A DNA stretch of 64,000 nucleotides, from contig CBDATQ010000002.1 of NCBI GenBank assembly GCA_965199955.1, forward strand, positions 640,001 through 704,000. Reading direction: 5' to 3'. Below are positions 38,446 through 48,287 of this stretch, in pieces. The position numbers and the translations under genes were made by a program. The notes under the pieces are model-generated. The model was not told the origin of the DNA. It searched no databases and worked only from the letters and a program-made list of their open reading frames with translations. The first letter of the stretch is position 1. Each line of letters starts with the position of its first letter. The stretch comes from Spirochaetia bacterium. GTDB lineage: Bacteria; Spirochaetota; Spirochaetia; SZUA-6; Bin103.

Positions 38446-40344
38446 ATGACGAACCGGAAACTCATGTCGTGCGTGTCGGTACTGCTCGGTCTGGTCCTGA
38501 TGGCACCGGGTATTTGGGCACAGATGCAGTACCAGGAATCACCGGCGCTGGCCGCGATGGTGCAGGAGGGGACGCTTCCGGCGGTTCAGGAACGGCTTCC
38601 CTCGGAGCCGATGGTGATCCAGACCGTCGAGGAAGTGGGCCAGTACGGCGGCCGCTGGACCTTCGGTATCCCGACGCAGAGCCAGTTGGGCGTGTACAGC
38701 TACGCCACCTACGACTTCGCGGCTCGCTGGAACCGCTCCGCCGATCAGATCATCCCCAACGTGATCCGCGAATGGGAGTTCTCCGAGGACGGCCGCACCA
38801 TCACCATGTATCTGCGCGCCGGCATGAAGTGGTCCGACGGCCAGCCGTTCACGGCCGACGACATCGTCTTCTGGCTCGACGACTTCGTGCGCAACGACGA
38901 CCTCTCGCCGGGCAAACCGGGCTGGCTGCTGGTGGCCGGCGAGCTGCCTGTCGGCGAAAAGATCGACGACACGACGGTGAGCTGGACCTTCGCCGCGCCG
39001 CCGGGGCTGCTGCTGAACGACTTTGCCACCACCCGCGGCAACATCTTCGCGCCGAAACACTACATGGAGCAGTTCCACGCCGGGTTCGCCGACGCGGACA
39101 AGGTGCAGGCGATGGCCAAGGAAGCAGGGTTCGAGGACTGGACTCAGCTTTTCCGCAACAAGCGCGACTGGTATCGGGCACAGAACCACGACTACCCGGT
39201 GTTGAACGCGTGGGCGGTCAAGACCTCCTTCGAGGACTCCCCGACACTGACGGTGTACGCCCGCAATCCCTACTACTGGAAGGTGGATCAGGCCGGCAAT
39301 CAGCTCCCCTACCTCGACGAGGTGGCCGTCGCCATCACCACGACGGCGGAGACGCTCAACCTGAAGACCATGTCGGGCGAGTTCGACTTCCAGATGCGCT
39401 ATCTGAATCCCGCCAACTACACGCTGTTCTACGAAAATCAGGAGCGCGAAGACTATCGCATCCTGGAGTGGCCGACCGGCATCGGCTCGGACGCCGCGCT
39501 GTTCTTCAACCAGTCGACTCCCGACCTGGTGCTGCGCGAGCTGTTCCAGGATCTGCGCTTCCGGCAGGCGCTGTCGCTGGCGATCGATCGCGAGGAGATC
39601 AATCAGCTCGTGTTCGACGGCCAGGGCCAGCCGCGGCAGGCGACCGTGGTGGAGCTGTCACCGCTGTTCAAGCCGGAATATGCCGCGGCGTACGCCGAGT
39701 ACGATCCCGACCGAGCCAATCAGTTGCTCGACGCGATCGGGCTGACGCAACGTGACGGCGACGGCTTCCGGCTGCGTCCGGACGGCGACACCCTGTCCCT
39801 GCTGCTCGACTCTCCGGGCGAGAAGACGGCCACCATCGACTCCATCGAGCTGGTGATCGAGTACTGGGGCGACATCGGCATCAAGGCCAACTCAAACCAC
39901 ACCGAGCGCAGCGCCTATCGTGCGCGGCGCAACGCCAACGAGACGCAGATCAACGTGTGGGAGATGGGCTTCATGATGTATCCGAGCAACCCGCTCTTCC
40001 TGATCGCGTCATCGTCAGGCAGCGATTTCGGGCCCGATCTGGGAGTCTGGTACAACACCGGAGGCGCCGAGGGTCAGGAACCGCCGGAGGCGATGAAGGA
40101 GGCGCTGCGCGCTTACGACCAGATCAAGCAGACGCCGGACACCGAGAAGAAGAACGAGCTGTTCCATCGCATCCTCGAGTTGCAGGCGGAGAACATCTGG
40201 GTCCTGGGTCTGGTCGGCGGAGTGAAGGAAACGCTGATCGTGAAGAACCACCTCCGCAACGTGCCGGACGAGTCGATCTTCGATTCTCTGGTAGGACGCT
40301 ATATCGGACTGACCGCGGCGGAGCAGTACTTCATACGCCAATAG
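38446..40344 (+). CDS. ABC substrate-binding protein, family 5
   Basis: Signal peptide, LPAVQERLP, GQYGG, KWSDGQPFTADD, RNPYYWKVD; GGAGG RBS. Confidence 0.93.
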   Translation: MTNRKLMSCVSVLLGLVLMAPGIWAQMQYQESPALAAMVQEGTLPAVQERLPSEPMVIQTVEEVGQYGGRWTFGIPTQSQLGVYSYATYDFAARWNRSADQIIPNVIREWEFSEDGRTITMYLRAGMKWSDGQPFTADDIVFWLDDFVRNDDLSPGKPGWLLVAGELPVGEKIDDTTVSWTFAAPPGLLLNDFATTRGNIFAPKHYMEQFHAGFADADKVQAMAKEAGFEDWTQLFRNKRDWYRAQNHDYPVLNAWAVKTSFEDSPTLTVYARNPYYWKVDQAGNQLPYLDEVAVAITTTAETLNLKTMSGEFDFQMRYLNPANYTLFYENQEREDYRILEWPTGIGSDAALFFNQSTPDLVLRELFQDLRFRQALSLAIDREEINQLVFDGQGQPRQATVVELSPLFKPEYAAAYAEYDPDRANQLLDAIGLTQRDGDGFRLRPDGDTLSLLLDSPGEKTATIDSIELVIEYWGDIGIKANSNHTERSAYRARRNANETQINVWEMGFMMYPSNPLFLIASSSGSDFGPDLGVWYNTGGAEGQEPPEAMKEALRAYDQIKQTPDTEKKNELFHRILELQAENIWVLGLVGGVKETLIVKNHLRNVPDESIFDSLVGRYIGLTAAEQYFIRQ

Positions 40345-40360
40345 CCCGAATCCTGCGGCG

Positions 40361-40385
40361 TGGTGGCGGCCATCCTCCGCCACCA
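40361..40385 (+). terminator. Stem-loop after the SBP gene
   Basis: TGGTGGCGG-N7-CCGCCACCA starting 17 nt after the stop; no U-tract. Confidence 0.45.
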
Positions 40386-40536
40386 CCGCCGGGGACCACT
40401 GCCGCAGCTCAGCGCGCTGTGCCTGCCGGGGCCTGTGCGGCGGCCGGCAGCGCCCGAACTTGCCGGCGACCACAGCCGCTAGCACGTTGACGGTGCCGAT
40501 GACGTTGATCCCGAAGGGTTCGGAAGGGTAGCCACG

Positions 40537-42020
40537 GTGGCCGGCCGAACGCGATCGCCCGCGCTGGTTCTGGTGACCGGGGCGAGCGGCTACGTCGGCG
40601 GCCGGCTGGTAGCCGCGCTGGAACGCGCCGGACGACGCGTACGGGTGTGACGCGGCGGCCGGAGCTCACCGCCGGCCGCTACGGAGCCGGCACCGAGATG
40701 GTCGCCGGCGACGTGCTGGACGCGGACAGCATGCGGCGCGCGATGGCGGGGGTCGGCCTCGCCTACTACCTCGTGCACTCGCTCGGGTCGCGCGGGCACT
40801 TCGAGCAGGAGGAGGAGCGGGCGGCGCGGTCGTTCGTGGCCGCCGCGCAGGATGCCGGCGTGCGCCGGATTGTCTACCTGGGCGGTCTGGCGCGCCCCGA
40901 TGAGCTCGCGCGGGAGGCGGGCGCCGGCGCGTCCGCGCACATGAGCAGCCGCCTGCGGGTCGGAGAGCTGTTGCGCGGCTCGGCCATCCCCACCGTGGAG
41001 TTTCGGGCCTCCGTCGTCATCGGCGCCGGCAGCCTGTCGTTCGAGTTGATCCGCGCGTTGGTGCAGCGGCTGCCGGTGATGGTCACGCCCCGGTGGGTGT
41101 CGGTCGAGGCGCAGCCGATCGCGATCAGCGACGTGATCGCCTACTTGGTGGCGGCGCTCGACCTGCCGCTGGACGGGTCGCGGGTGTTCGAGATCGGCGG
41201 GGCGGCGGTCACGTCGTACCGGGGCCTCATGGAGGAGTACGCACGCCAGCGGGGGCTGCGGCGACTGTTCGTGCCGGTGCCGTTCCTGACGCCGCAACTC
41301 TCCAGCCTGTGGCTGGGCCTGGTGACGCCGCTCTTCGCGCGCGTCGGGCGCAAGCTGATCGAGAGTATCACCATGCCCAGCGTCGTCCGCGATCGGAGCG
41401 CGCTCGACGGCTTCGCGGTACGGCCGCGCGGGTATCGCGATGCGATTCGTCAGGCGCTGGCGGACGAGGATGCACGCCTGGTCGCGACCCGCTGGTCCGA
41501 TGCCCTGTCCACGTCCACGGGCAGTCGGGGCTCCGGAGCCGGTACGCGGTTCGGGAACCGCCTGATCGATTCGCGTGCGGTCACGGTGGCCGCTCCCCCG
41601 GAGCGGGCGTTCGTCCCGATCCGGCAGATCGGCGGGGGGCGTGGCTGGTACTACGCAAACGCGCTCTGGCGGCTGCGCGGCGTGGTGGATCGCATGCTGG
41701 GCGGCGTGGGGATGAAGCGAGGCCGCCGCGACCCCGAGAAGCTGCGCGCCGGCGACGTGGTGGACTGCTGGCGGGTGGTCGCGTGCGATGCGCCGCGGGT
41801 GCTGTCGCTGGAGGCGGAGATGCGGCTGCCCGGCCGAGCCTGGTTGAAGTTCGAGGTCACGCCCTGCGCGGAAGGCGCGAGCATACGGCAGACCGCGGTC
41901 TTCGATCCGATGGGGCTCGGCGGACTGCTGTACTGGTACGTGCTCTACCTCCCCCATCTCCTGATCTTCCGCGGAATGCTGGCGTCCGTGGCGGAGCGGA
42001 CGGACTCGGCGGACGGATAG
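40537..42020 (+). pseudogene. NAD(P)H-binding SDR with DUF2867 domain (YbjT-like), frameshift near the 5' end
   Basis: VLVTGASGYVGGRL in one frame stops at about 40650; YYLVHS, GGGRGWY and EMRLPGRAWL continue in another frame. Confidence 0.8.
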
Positions 42021-42183
42021 GCTTCGCTATCAGGAGAAATTTTCACTTAATCTGATTAATGAATGTTAATGTATACTCGCTCTCAGAGGTGAGAAGAGAC
42101 GAGTGCGGCGCATAGCGAGCGGCCCATACCGTCCGGGCGCACCGGCGGCGTGCTGCCTTCGGTGCCGGCTTGATCCCACATGA

Positions 42184-42201
42184 ACAGCACATATATGCTG
42201 T
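42184..42201. promoter_or_regulatory. Palindromic operator upstream of the RHH-MazF operon
   Basis: ACAGCAcATATaTGCTGT, 25 nt before the antitoxin ATG. Confidence 0.55.
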
Positions 42202-42226
42202 ATATCAATCCATGCAGGAATGATGT

Positions 42227-42460
42227 ATGAAAGCTATACAGGTCAGTATCGACGAAGGGCTTCTGTCGGCGCTGGATGCCGATGAGGAGGTCCGGAGAGA
42301 GGGCAGGTCCGCTGTCCTGCGCCGCGCCGCGGCCGCCTACCTCCGCCGCAAGCGCGCCGACGACATAGCACGCCGCTATCGGGAGGGTTACGCGCGGGGC
42401 GTCGCCGCGGACGAGTTGCGCGGCTGGGCGGACCGTGGGGCATGGCCGGAGGACGGTTGA
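42227..42460 (+). CDS. Ribbon-helix-helix antitoxin
   Basis: MKAIQVSIDEGLL...RSAVLRRA; stop overlaps the toxin start. Confidence 0.85.
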   Translation: MKAIQVSIDEGLLSALDADEEVRREGRSAVLRRAAAAYLRRKRADDIARRYREGYARGVAADELRGWADRGAWPEDG

Positions 42461-42786
42461 TGGCCAGCCGGGTGAACCGCGGAGAGGTATGGATGCATGA
42501 CTTCCGCAAGCCGGACAAGCGCCGCCCGGTGGTGGTGCTGAGCCGCCAGGAGGTGATCCCGATGCTCGGTACCGTGATCGTGGCGCCGATCACGTCCACG
42601 ATTCACGGCGTTCCCAGCGAGGTTCGGGTCGGCGTCGAGGAAGGCCTCAAGCGGGAATCGGCGGTCAACCTGGACCACGTACAGACAGTCGAGCGGTCGC
42701 ACCTGCGCGGCTACGTCGGCGCGCTGGACGATCGCAAGATGCAACTGGTGTGCGCGGCGCTCGCCGTAGCGACGGCGTGCGACTGA
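42460..42786 (+). CDS. mazF: MazF/PemK family toxin
   Basis: RGEVW, DKRRPVVVLS, VAPITS, NLDHVQTV. Confidence 0.9.
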   Translation: MASRVNRGEVWMHDFRKPDKRRPVVVLSRQEVIPMLGTVIVAPITSTIHGVPSEVRVGVEEGLKRESAVNLDHVQTVERSHLRGYVGALDDRKMQLVCAALAVATACD

Positions 42787-42793
42787 CCCGCGA

Positions 42794-44239
42794 TTACATC
42801 GGGCCGATGCGTTCCTCGCCCACGTCGACGGCGGCGCGCATTGAAGCGTCGAAGCTGCGCACCAGCAGATCGGACTTGACGGCGGCCGCGGCCGGATCGT
42901 CCCAGAGGTTGTCGAATTCGCCCGGATCGGCCTCCAGGTCGTAGAGCTCGCCGAGCGCGTGGCCATGGTAGACGACCAGCTTGTGCGTCCGCGTGCGGTA
43001 CATGGTGGCGTAGCTGCCGTCGGGGGCGTCGACGGCAGCGAAGTACTCGCTGCGCACCGCCTGGCGGCCGGCGCCGCCGTCCAGCAGGGAGCGGCCCTGC
43101 ATCCAGGGCGGCACCGGCTGCCCCGCGGCCGCCAGCAGCGTGGGCGCCAGGTCGGTCAGCTCGACCAGATCGTCGGTGGCCCTGCCTGACTCGACGCGGC
43201 GCGGCCAGCGCAGGATCAGCGGCACCCGCACCAGCCCCTCGTAGAATCGGCAGCCCTTGCAGATCAAACCGTGGTCGCCGAGCGTCTCGCCGTGGTCGCT
43301 GGTGAAGATCACCAGCGTGTCCTCCGCCTGGCCGGACTCCTCCAGCGCGTCCAGCATGCGCCCGACCTGATCGTCGATGAGCTCGACCATCGCGTAGTAG
43401 GCGGCCTGCAACGTCTTCGCGTCGCGGGCGAACGTCGCGGCGTCGGCCTCCTGCGCGGAGTCGCGGCCGGGGTAGTACGGCAGCACCGGATGGGCGATGT
43501 CGAGCGGGCCGGACGGGTCGCGCGCCTCGCTCTGGAAGTCGACGGCGCGCAGCCGGCGCTGTTGCTCCAGGTCGCTCGGCCGAAAGAGCGGGCCGGGCAT
43601 CCGTTCCGGCTCGAAGCGGGCGCGGTACGCCGCCGGCGGGTTGAACGGCTCGTGCGGGTCGTAGATGTTGACCGTGGCCAGCCACGGCGTCTCGGCGCCG
43701 CGGCGCTCGCGCATGAAGTCGATTGCGGCTTCCGCGCACCAGGTGGTCTGGTGCAGCTCCGCCGGTACGCCCGCCGGGTCCTTGATCAGCTCGCCCAGGT
43801 CGTGGCCCTGCGCCCGCACCCAGTCGGCATAGGCGTGGCCCGACGGCCAGCCGTCGCGGGGTGCGTGGCTCCAGCGCCAGTAGCGGTAGCCGTCGTCGCC
43901 GCGCGGCTCGGGCCGCTCGTAGGCGCCGGCCAAGTGCAGCTTGCCGATCAGGCCGCAGTCGTAGCCGGCGTCGGCCAGCAGCCGGGTGACCAGCGGGTAG
44001 CGGCCGCGGTAACGCTCGTTGCCGTTGCGCGTGTTCTGGCAGGTGCTGGGGTAGGTGCCGGTCAGGAAGCTGGCTCGGCTCGGCGTGCAGATCGGGCTCT
44101 GGCAGAACGCGTGCGTCCAGGCGGTGCCCTCGCGCCACAGCGCGTCCAGCCGGGGCGTCCGCACGTGCAGATTGCCGCCGGCGCCGATGGTGTCGTAGCG
44201 CTGCTGGTCGGTGCAGATCCAGAGGATGTTGGGTGGCAT
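42794..44239 (-). CDS. Sulfatase
   Basis: PNILWICTDQ, CTPSRASFLTG, GKLH, SDHG, LYDLEADP. Confidence 0.93.
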   Translation of the reverse strand: MPPNILWICTDQQRYDTIGAGGNLHVRTPRLDALWREGTAWTHAFCQSPICTPSRASFLTGTYPSTCQNTRNGNERYRGRYPLVTRLLADAGYDCGLIGKLHLAGAYERPEPRGDDGYRYWRWSHAPRDGWPSGHAYADWVRAQGHDLGELIKDPAGVPAELHQTTWCAEAAIDFMRERRGAETPWLATVNIYDPHEPFNPPAAYRARFEPERMPGPLFRPSDLEQQRRLRAVDFQSEARDPSGPLDIAHPVLPYYPGRDSAQEADAATFARDAKTLQAAYYAMVELIDDQVGRMLDALEESGQAEDTLVIFTSDHGETLGDHGLICKGCRFYEGLVRVPLILRWPRRVESGRATDDLVELTDLAPTLLAAAGQPVPPWMQGRSLLDGGAGRQAVRSEYFAAVDAPDGSYATMYRTRTHKLVVYHGHALGELYDLEADPGEFDNLWDDPAAAAVKSDLLVRSFDASMRAAVDVGEERIGPM

Positions 44240-44402
44240 GGACGTTTGCGTACCTCGTCGGCGGCGATACTACGGGAACGGCTCCTGCACCGCGAGTGTC
44301 GCCCAATGTGGCTGCAGGCGGAGTTGCACTCCTGACGGATGCCGGCGCTGCTCCTGCCGCACGAGGGATTGACCGCCTCTCCCGGTCACGTTAGGAGTAC
44401 GT

Positions 44403-45038
44403 GTGGCCGCGACGCCCGAACCACCGCCGGCGGCGCCGTCCCCGCAGGAGGCGCTGTCCTCACTGCTCTGCGACGTTCTGCCTCCCCAGGGCGCGTGGAG
44501 TGACCGGGAGTACCTGTGGCTCACCGACCACACCAACCGCCTGATCGAGCTCGCCGACGGTGACGTCGAGGAGTTGCCCATGCCCACCGATACGCATCAG
44601 GCGGTACTCCTGTTCCTGTACCTGCAGTTCCGTGACTACCTTGGGCCGCGGGGCGGGGTTGTCCGAGTCGCCGCGCTGCGCATGCGCGTCCGCGAGGGGT
44701 TGTTCCGCGAACCTGACGTGCTGCTCCTCCGCAATCGCTCCGATCCGCGCCGTCAGGACCGCTTCTGGTTGGGTGCGGACCTGGTGGTGGAGGTCGTCAG
44801 CCCGGATGACCCGGATCGGGATCTCGTGGAGAAGCGCGCCGACTACGCGGCGGCCGGCATCCCGGAGTACTGGATCGCCGACCCGCGCGACGAGACCATC
44901 ACGGTGCTTGCGCTGGCAGGCGATACCTACGTGGAGCACGGCGCGTTCGCGCGCGGCGAGGCTGCCACGTCGCCGTCGTTGACAGGGTTCGCCACCGATG
45001 TCGAGGCCGTGTTCGACGCTCCGCAATCGGGCGCCTGA
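44403..45038 (+). CDS. Uma2 (DUF820) family endonuclease-like protein
   Basis: REPDVL, DLVVEVVSP, KRADYAAAGIPEYWIADP. Confidence 0.92.
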   Translation: MAATPEPPPAAPSPQEALSSLLCDVLPPQGAWSDREYLWLTDHTNRLIELADGDVEELPMPTDTHQAVLLFLYLQFRDYLGPRGGVVRVAALRMRVREGLFREPDVLLLRNRSDPRRQDRFWLGADLVVEVVSPDDPDRDLVEKRADYAAAGIPEYWIADPRDETITVLALAGDTYVEHGAFARGEAATSPSLTGFATDVEAVFDAPQSGA

Positions 45039-45054
45039 CGGCCGTCCCATCCGC

Positions 45055-45560
45055 ATGCGCGTCACCCTCCGCCGGCGCGAGCTTGCTCTGGACAAGCGCG
45101 GCTACCGCCATTGGATCGTCCTCGAGCGGCGGGTCGATTTGCGCCCGGAGCGCGCGGCGCTCCTGCTGTGCGACGTGTGGGACCGCCATTGGTGCCGCGG
45201 CGCCCAGGAACGGCTGAAGCGTCTCGTGCCTCGCATCGACCGCACCGCCCGCGCGGCCCGCGACCGGGGCATGCTGGTCGTGCACGCACCCTCCAGCACC
45301 ATGCCGTTCTATGCCAATCATCCGGCGCGGCTGCGCGTGCTCCAGGCGCCGCCGGCAGCCGCGCCGGCCGAACGAACCCACCTCGATCCGCCGCTGCCGA
45401 TCGACGGCAGCGATTCCTCCGACACGGACGGCGATCCGGCTGCCGAGGGCACCCGCCGTTGGCGGCGCCAGCACGCGGGGGTGTGGATCGACGGCGACCG
45501 AGATGCGATCGGCGACGACGGCCTCGAGCTCCTTGGGCTGTACCGGCAGCGCGGCATCTC
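45055..45560 (+). pseudogene. Isochorismatase-like cysteine hydrolase, 3'-truncated
   Basis: ALLLCDVWDRHWC, VVHAPS, WRRQH; homology ends after YRQRGI, before the catalytic Cys region. Confidence 0.65.
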
Positions 45561-45652
45561 GCGTCCCTCGAGGAGTATGGCGCCGGTGAGGCTATGCAGG
45601 CGCTGTGGCGGTCCCTCGGCAGCGGCGCCGCCGGCGGGAGCTGGGCGCACGA

Positions 45653-46666
45653 CTACCTGGAACGGTAGCGGCCGGGGGCCGCGTCGCTCGGAGTGAGCTC
45701 GCCCACCAGTTGGTCGTCCGAGATCAACTCCACGGCCGGCGCGTCGAAGCGGCCGTAGCCGTTCCAGATCTTGAAGCCGACCAGCTCCTTGAGGCGCAGC
45801 GGAGCCTCGGCGGCCACCTCCGGCATCAGGCCCAGGGTGTAGTTCTCCTGCGGCCGGAACTGCGGGCCGCAGTAGGTGTTGAGCAGACCCATGCGCGGCT
45901 CGTCGGTCCGGTTGGTGCCGGACCCGTGCCACAGCCGGCCCTCGAAGAACATCGTCGTGCCTGCCGGCGCCTCGATCGGAACCACGTCCTCCTCCCGATA
46001 CAGTCCCGGCTTCGGCTGCCGGCCGCTCAGGTGGCTGCCGGGCACCACGCGCGTGGCGCCGTTGTCGTCGTGGAAGTCCACCAGCAGCCACATGCTGTTC
46101 AGGGCCGCGGGCGGCGCGATCATGGCGGCGCCGTCGCGGACCTCGCCCGCCTCGGCACGGGTGATCGATCCCACCGGCAGACCGAACCGGCCCCTGGGCA
46201 CCGGCGGCGGCATCCACCACGCGTCGGTGTGCAGCTCCATGGGCGCGGCCCCCTTGCCGATGATGTTGGCGGTGCTGCAGGAGAGCTGGTAGTGACTGCC
46301 CAGCACGTGCCCGGCCAACTCCAGGGCGTGCTCCATCAGCACGATGTCGCGGAAGATCCGTCCCTTGTTGAGCAGCATGAACAGGCGCTGGCTCACGCCG
46401 CCGGCCGCCGCCGTGAAGCGATCCTGGCGGACCGTCCCGTCGGCGTCGGCGAAAGCGCCCCAGTTCTTGTCGGGCGTCCCGTCCATGTACGCCACGCCCC
46501 GCTCCCGCTCGGCGGCCGCCTGGGCGGTCAGCCGCTCCTGAGCCTCGTGCAGCTCGGCGGAGGTCAGGGCATCCGCCAGCAGGCAGTAGCCGCTCCGCTC
46601 CAGGTCCGCCCTGCAGCGCTCCAGATCGGTGGTGAGGCGCGGACGCTCGGTCACGTCGATGCTCAT
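45653..46666 (-). CDS. PhyH-family Fe(II)/2OG dioxygenase
   Basis: LHTD, NGATRVVPGSH, LWHGSG, FRPQEN. Confidence 0.9.
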   Translation of the reverse strand: MSIDVTERPRLTTDLERCRADLERSGYCLLADALTSAELHEAQERLTAQAAAERERGVAYMDGTPDKNWGAFADADGTVRQDRFTAAAGGVSQRLFMLLNKGRIFRDIVLMEHALELAGHVLGSHYQLSCSTANIIGKGAAPMELHTDAWWMPPPVPRGRFGLPVGSITRAEAGEVRDGAAMIAPPAALNSMWLLVDFHDDNGATRVVPGSHLSGRQPKPGLYREEDVVPIEAPAGTTMFFEGRLWHGSGTNRTDEPRMGLLNTYCGPQFRPQENYTLGLMPEVAAEAPLRLKELVGFKIWNGYGRFDAPAVELISDDQLVGELTPSDAAPGRYRSR

Positions 46667-46968
46667 GCCGCCCTATCGGTCCTGGCCCTTAGCCGCCCGA
46701 TGTTGCTCCAATGCTTTTCGCAGAGACGACATAGGCTGCTTCATCGTACCCTGATTCGTGAAGTGTTCCGAAACGCACTTTCCGCTATCGGCCATGTCGG
46801 CGATCTCGTCTGCCGTTGGCAGCCGATCGTCTCGTGGCAAGCTGCTGTGGTTTCGATCCAACCCGAAGCGCATGGCGGAGTATAGCCGGTGAAGGAAGTG
46901 GCCGCCGTGGCGAGGGCTCGCTCCGGGCCGCCCACGGTCACTTGTCTCAGGACACCGGCCCCGCTCGG

Positions 46969-47014
46969 TTGACGACAGATCCGTTTGAAACGATATTGTT
47001 GCAAACGGATCTGT
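46969..47014 (+). promoter_or_regulatory. Sigma70-like promoter overlapped by a 40-bp palindromic operator
   Basis: TTGACG-N17-GATATT; palindrome ACAGATCCGTTTGAAACGAT|ATTGTTGCAAACGGATCTGT at 46975-47014. Confidence 0.7.
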
Positions 47015-47025
47015 TGGAGATAGCG

Positions 47026-48283
47026 ATGTTGAGGAAGGGTGGAGGTATCTGGGTCGACGGAGACCGGTTCTTCGACCGGGAGGTCGAGGTGGAGGCGCTG
47101 ACGGAACGCATCGCCGACGGCCGGCACACGCTGCTGACGGCGCAGCGCAGGATGGGGAAGACCAGCTTGGTGCGGGAGACTGCGCCGGTTGGCGGAGCAA
47201 GGCGACTCCGAGCCGCTCTTCGTCGATCTGGAAGGGTCTGATGGCCCAGAGGACGCCATAGCCGAGATCGCGGCTCAGACTCTTGCCGCCCAGGGTTCCT
47301 GGCTCCCCATCAAGCGGACGTTCGCCAACCTTCTGACACAGGCCGGCGATCGCATCGAAGAGCTCGCGGTCGCGGAGCTGAAGGTCAAGCTGCGAGCCGG
47401 CATCGACCGCGGCAACTGGAAGGAGCGGGGCGACGCAGTCTTCAGGGCACTGGAGCAGCATAGGAAACCCGTCGTGCTGGCGATCGACGAACTGCCGATC
47501 CTGGTCAACCACCTGCTCAAGGGACACGACTACCGCATCACGCCCGACCGCAGGCAGGCGGCGGATGCATTCCTGAGTTGGCTCCGGAAGGTCGGGCAGG
47601 CGCATCGCACCGTCTGCCTGATCGTCTTGGGCAGCGTGAGCCTGGAACCGATCCTGCGGCAGGCCGGACTCAGCGCTCACGCGAACATCTACTCGCCATT
47701 CGAGCTGGAGCCATGGAGCGAGAAAACCGCCGTCGATTGCGTCGAAGCGCTGGCGCTGAACTACGGCCTGGACCTCTCGCTCGACGTACGGCAGAGGATG
47801 TGTCGGAAGCTGCGTTGTTGCATCCCGCAGCACGTGCAGCAGTTCTTCGACTATCTGCACGAGGACTTGCGGAAGACCCGCAGCAGGGTCGCGGCGCCGG
47901 AAGACGTGGAGCGTGTGTACGACACGTACATGCTCGGCATCCGCGGTACGATCGACCTTGATCACTATCGGAGCCGTCTAAAGATGGTCCTCGGCAGGGA
48001 CGGGTGTCGGTTCGCCATCGAGCTTCTGACAGAGGCCGCAACCAGCGGCGGGATGCTCACCGACCAGGCGATCGGCCGCTATGATGAGTACTTCGGCTCT
48101 CTGGACGAATTCCTCGGCGCGCCAGTCACAGATGTGCTCCCGGTGCTGGAACATGACGGATACCTTGGGAGATTTCCGGGCGGCTACCGATTCGTGTCGG
48201 GTTTGATCGAGGACTGGTGGCGAGCCCGATTCGGCGCGCATTTCATACCCATCTCGGAACGGATGCCGCTCAGCGAGAGCTAG
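47026..48283 (+). pseudogene. P-loop ATPase (archaeal ATPase/STAND-like) with C-terminal wHTH; frameshift just after Walker A
   Basis: RFFDREVE, AQRRMGKTS, frameshift near 47179, FVDLE, LAIDELP, VLEHDGYL...YRFVSGLIEDWW. Confidence 0.8.
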
Positions 48284-48287
48284 TCCG

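Noticed and set aside
47170..47190. Programmed ribosomal frameshift in the first ATPase
   Set aside because: No slippery heptamer at the site; mutation or sequencing error is simpler
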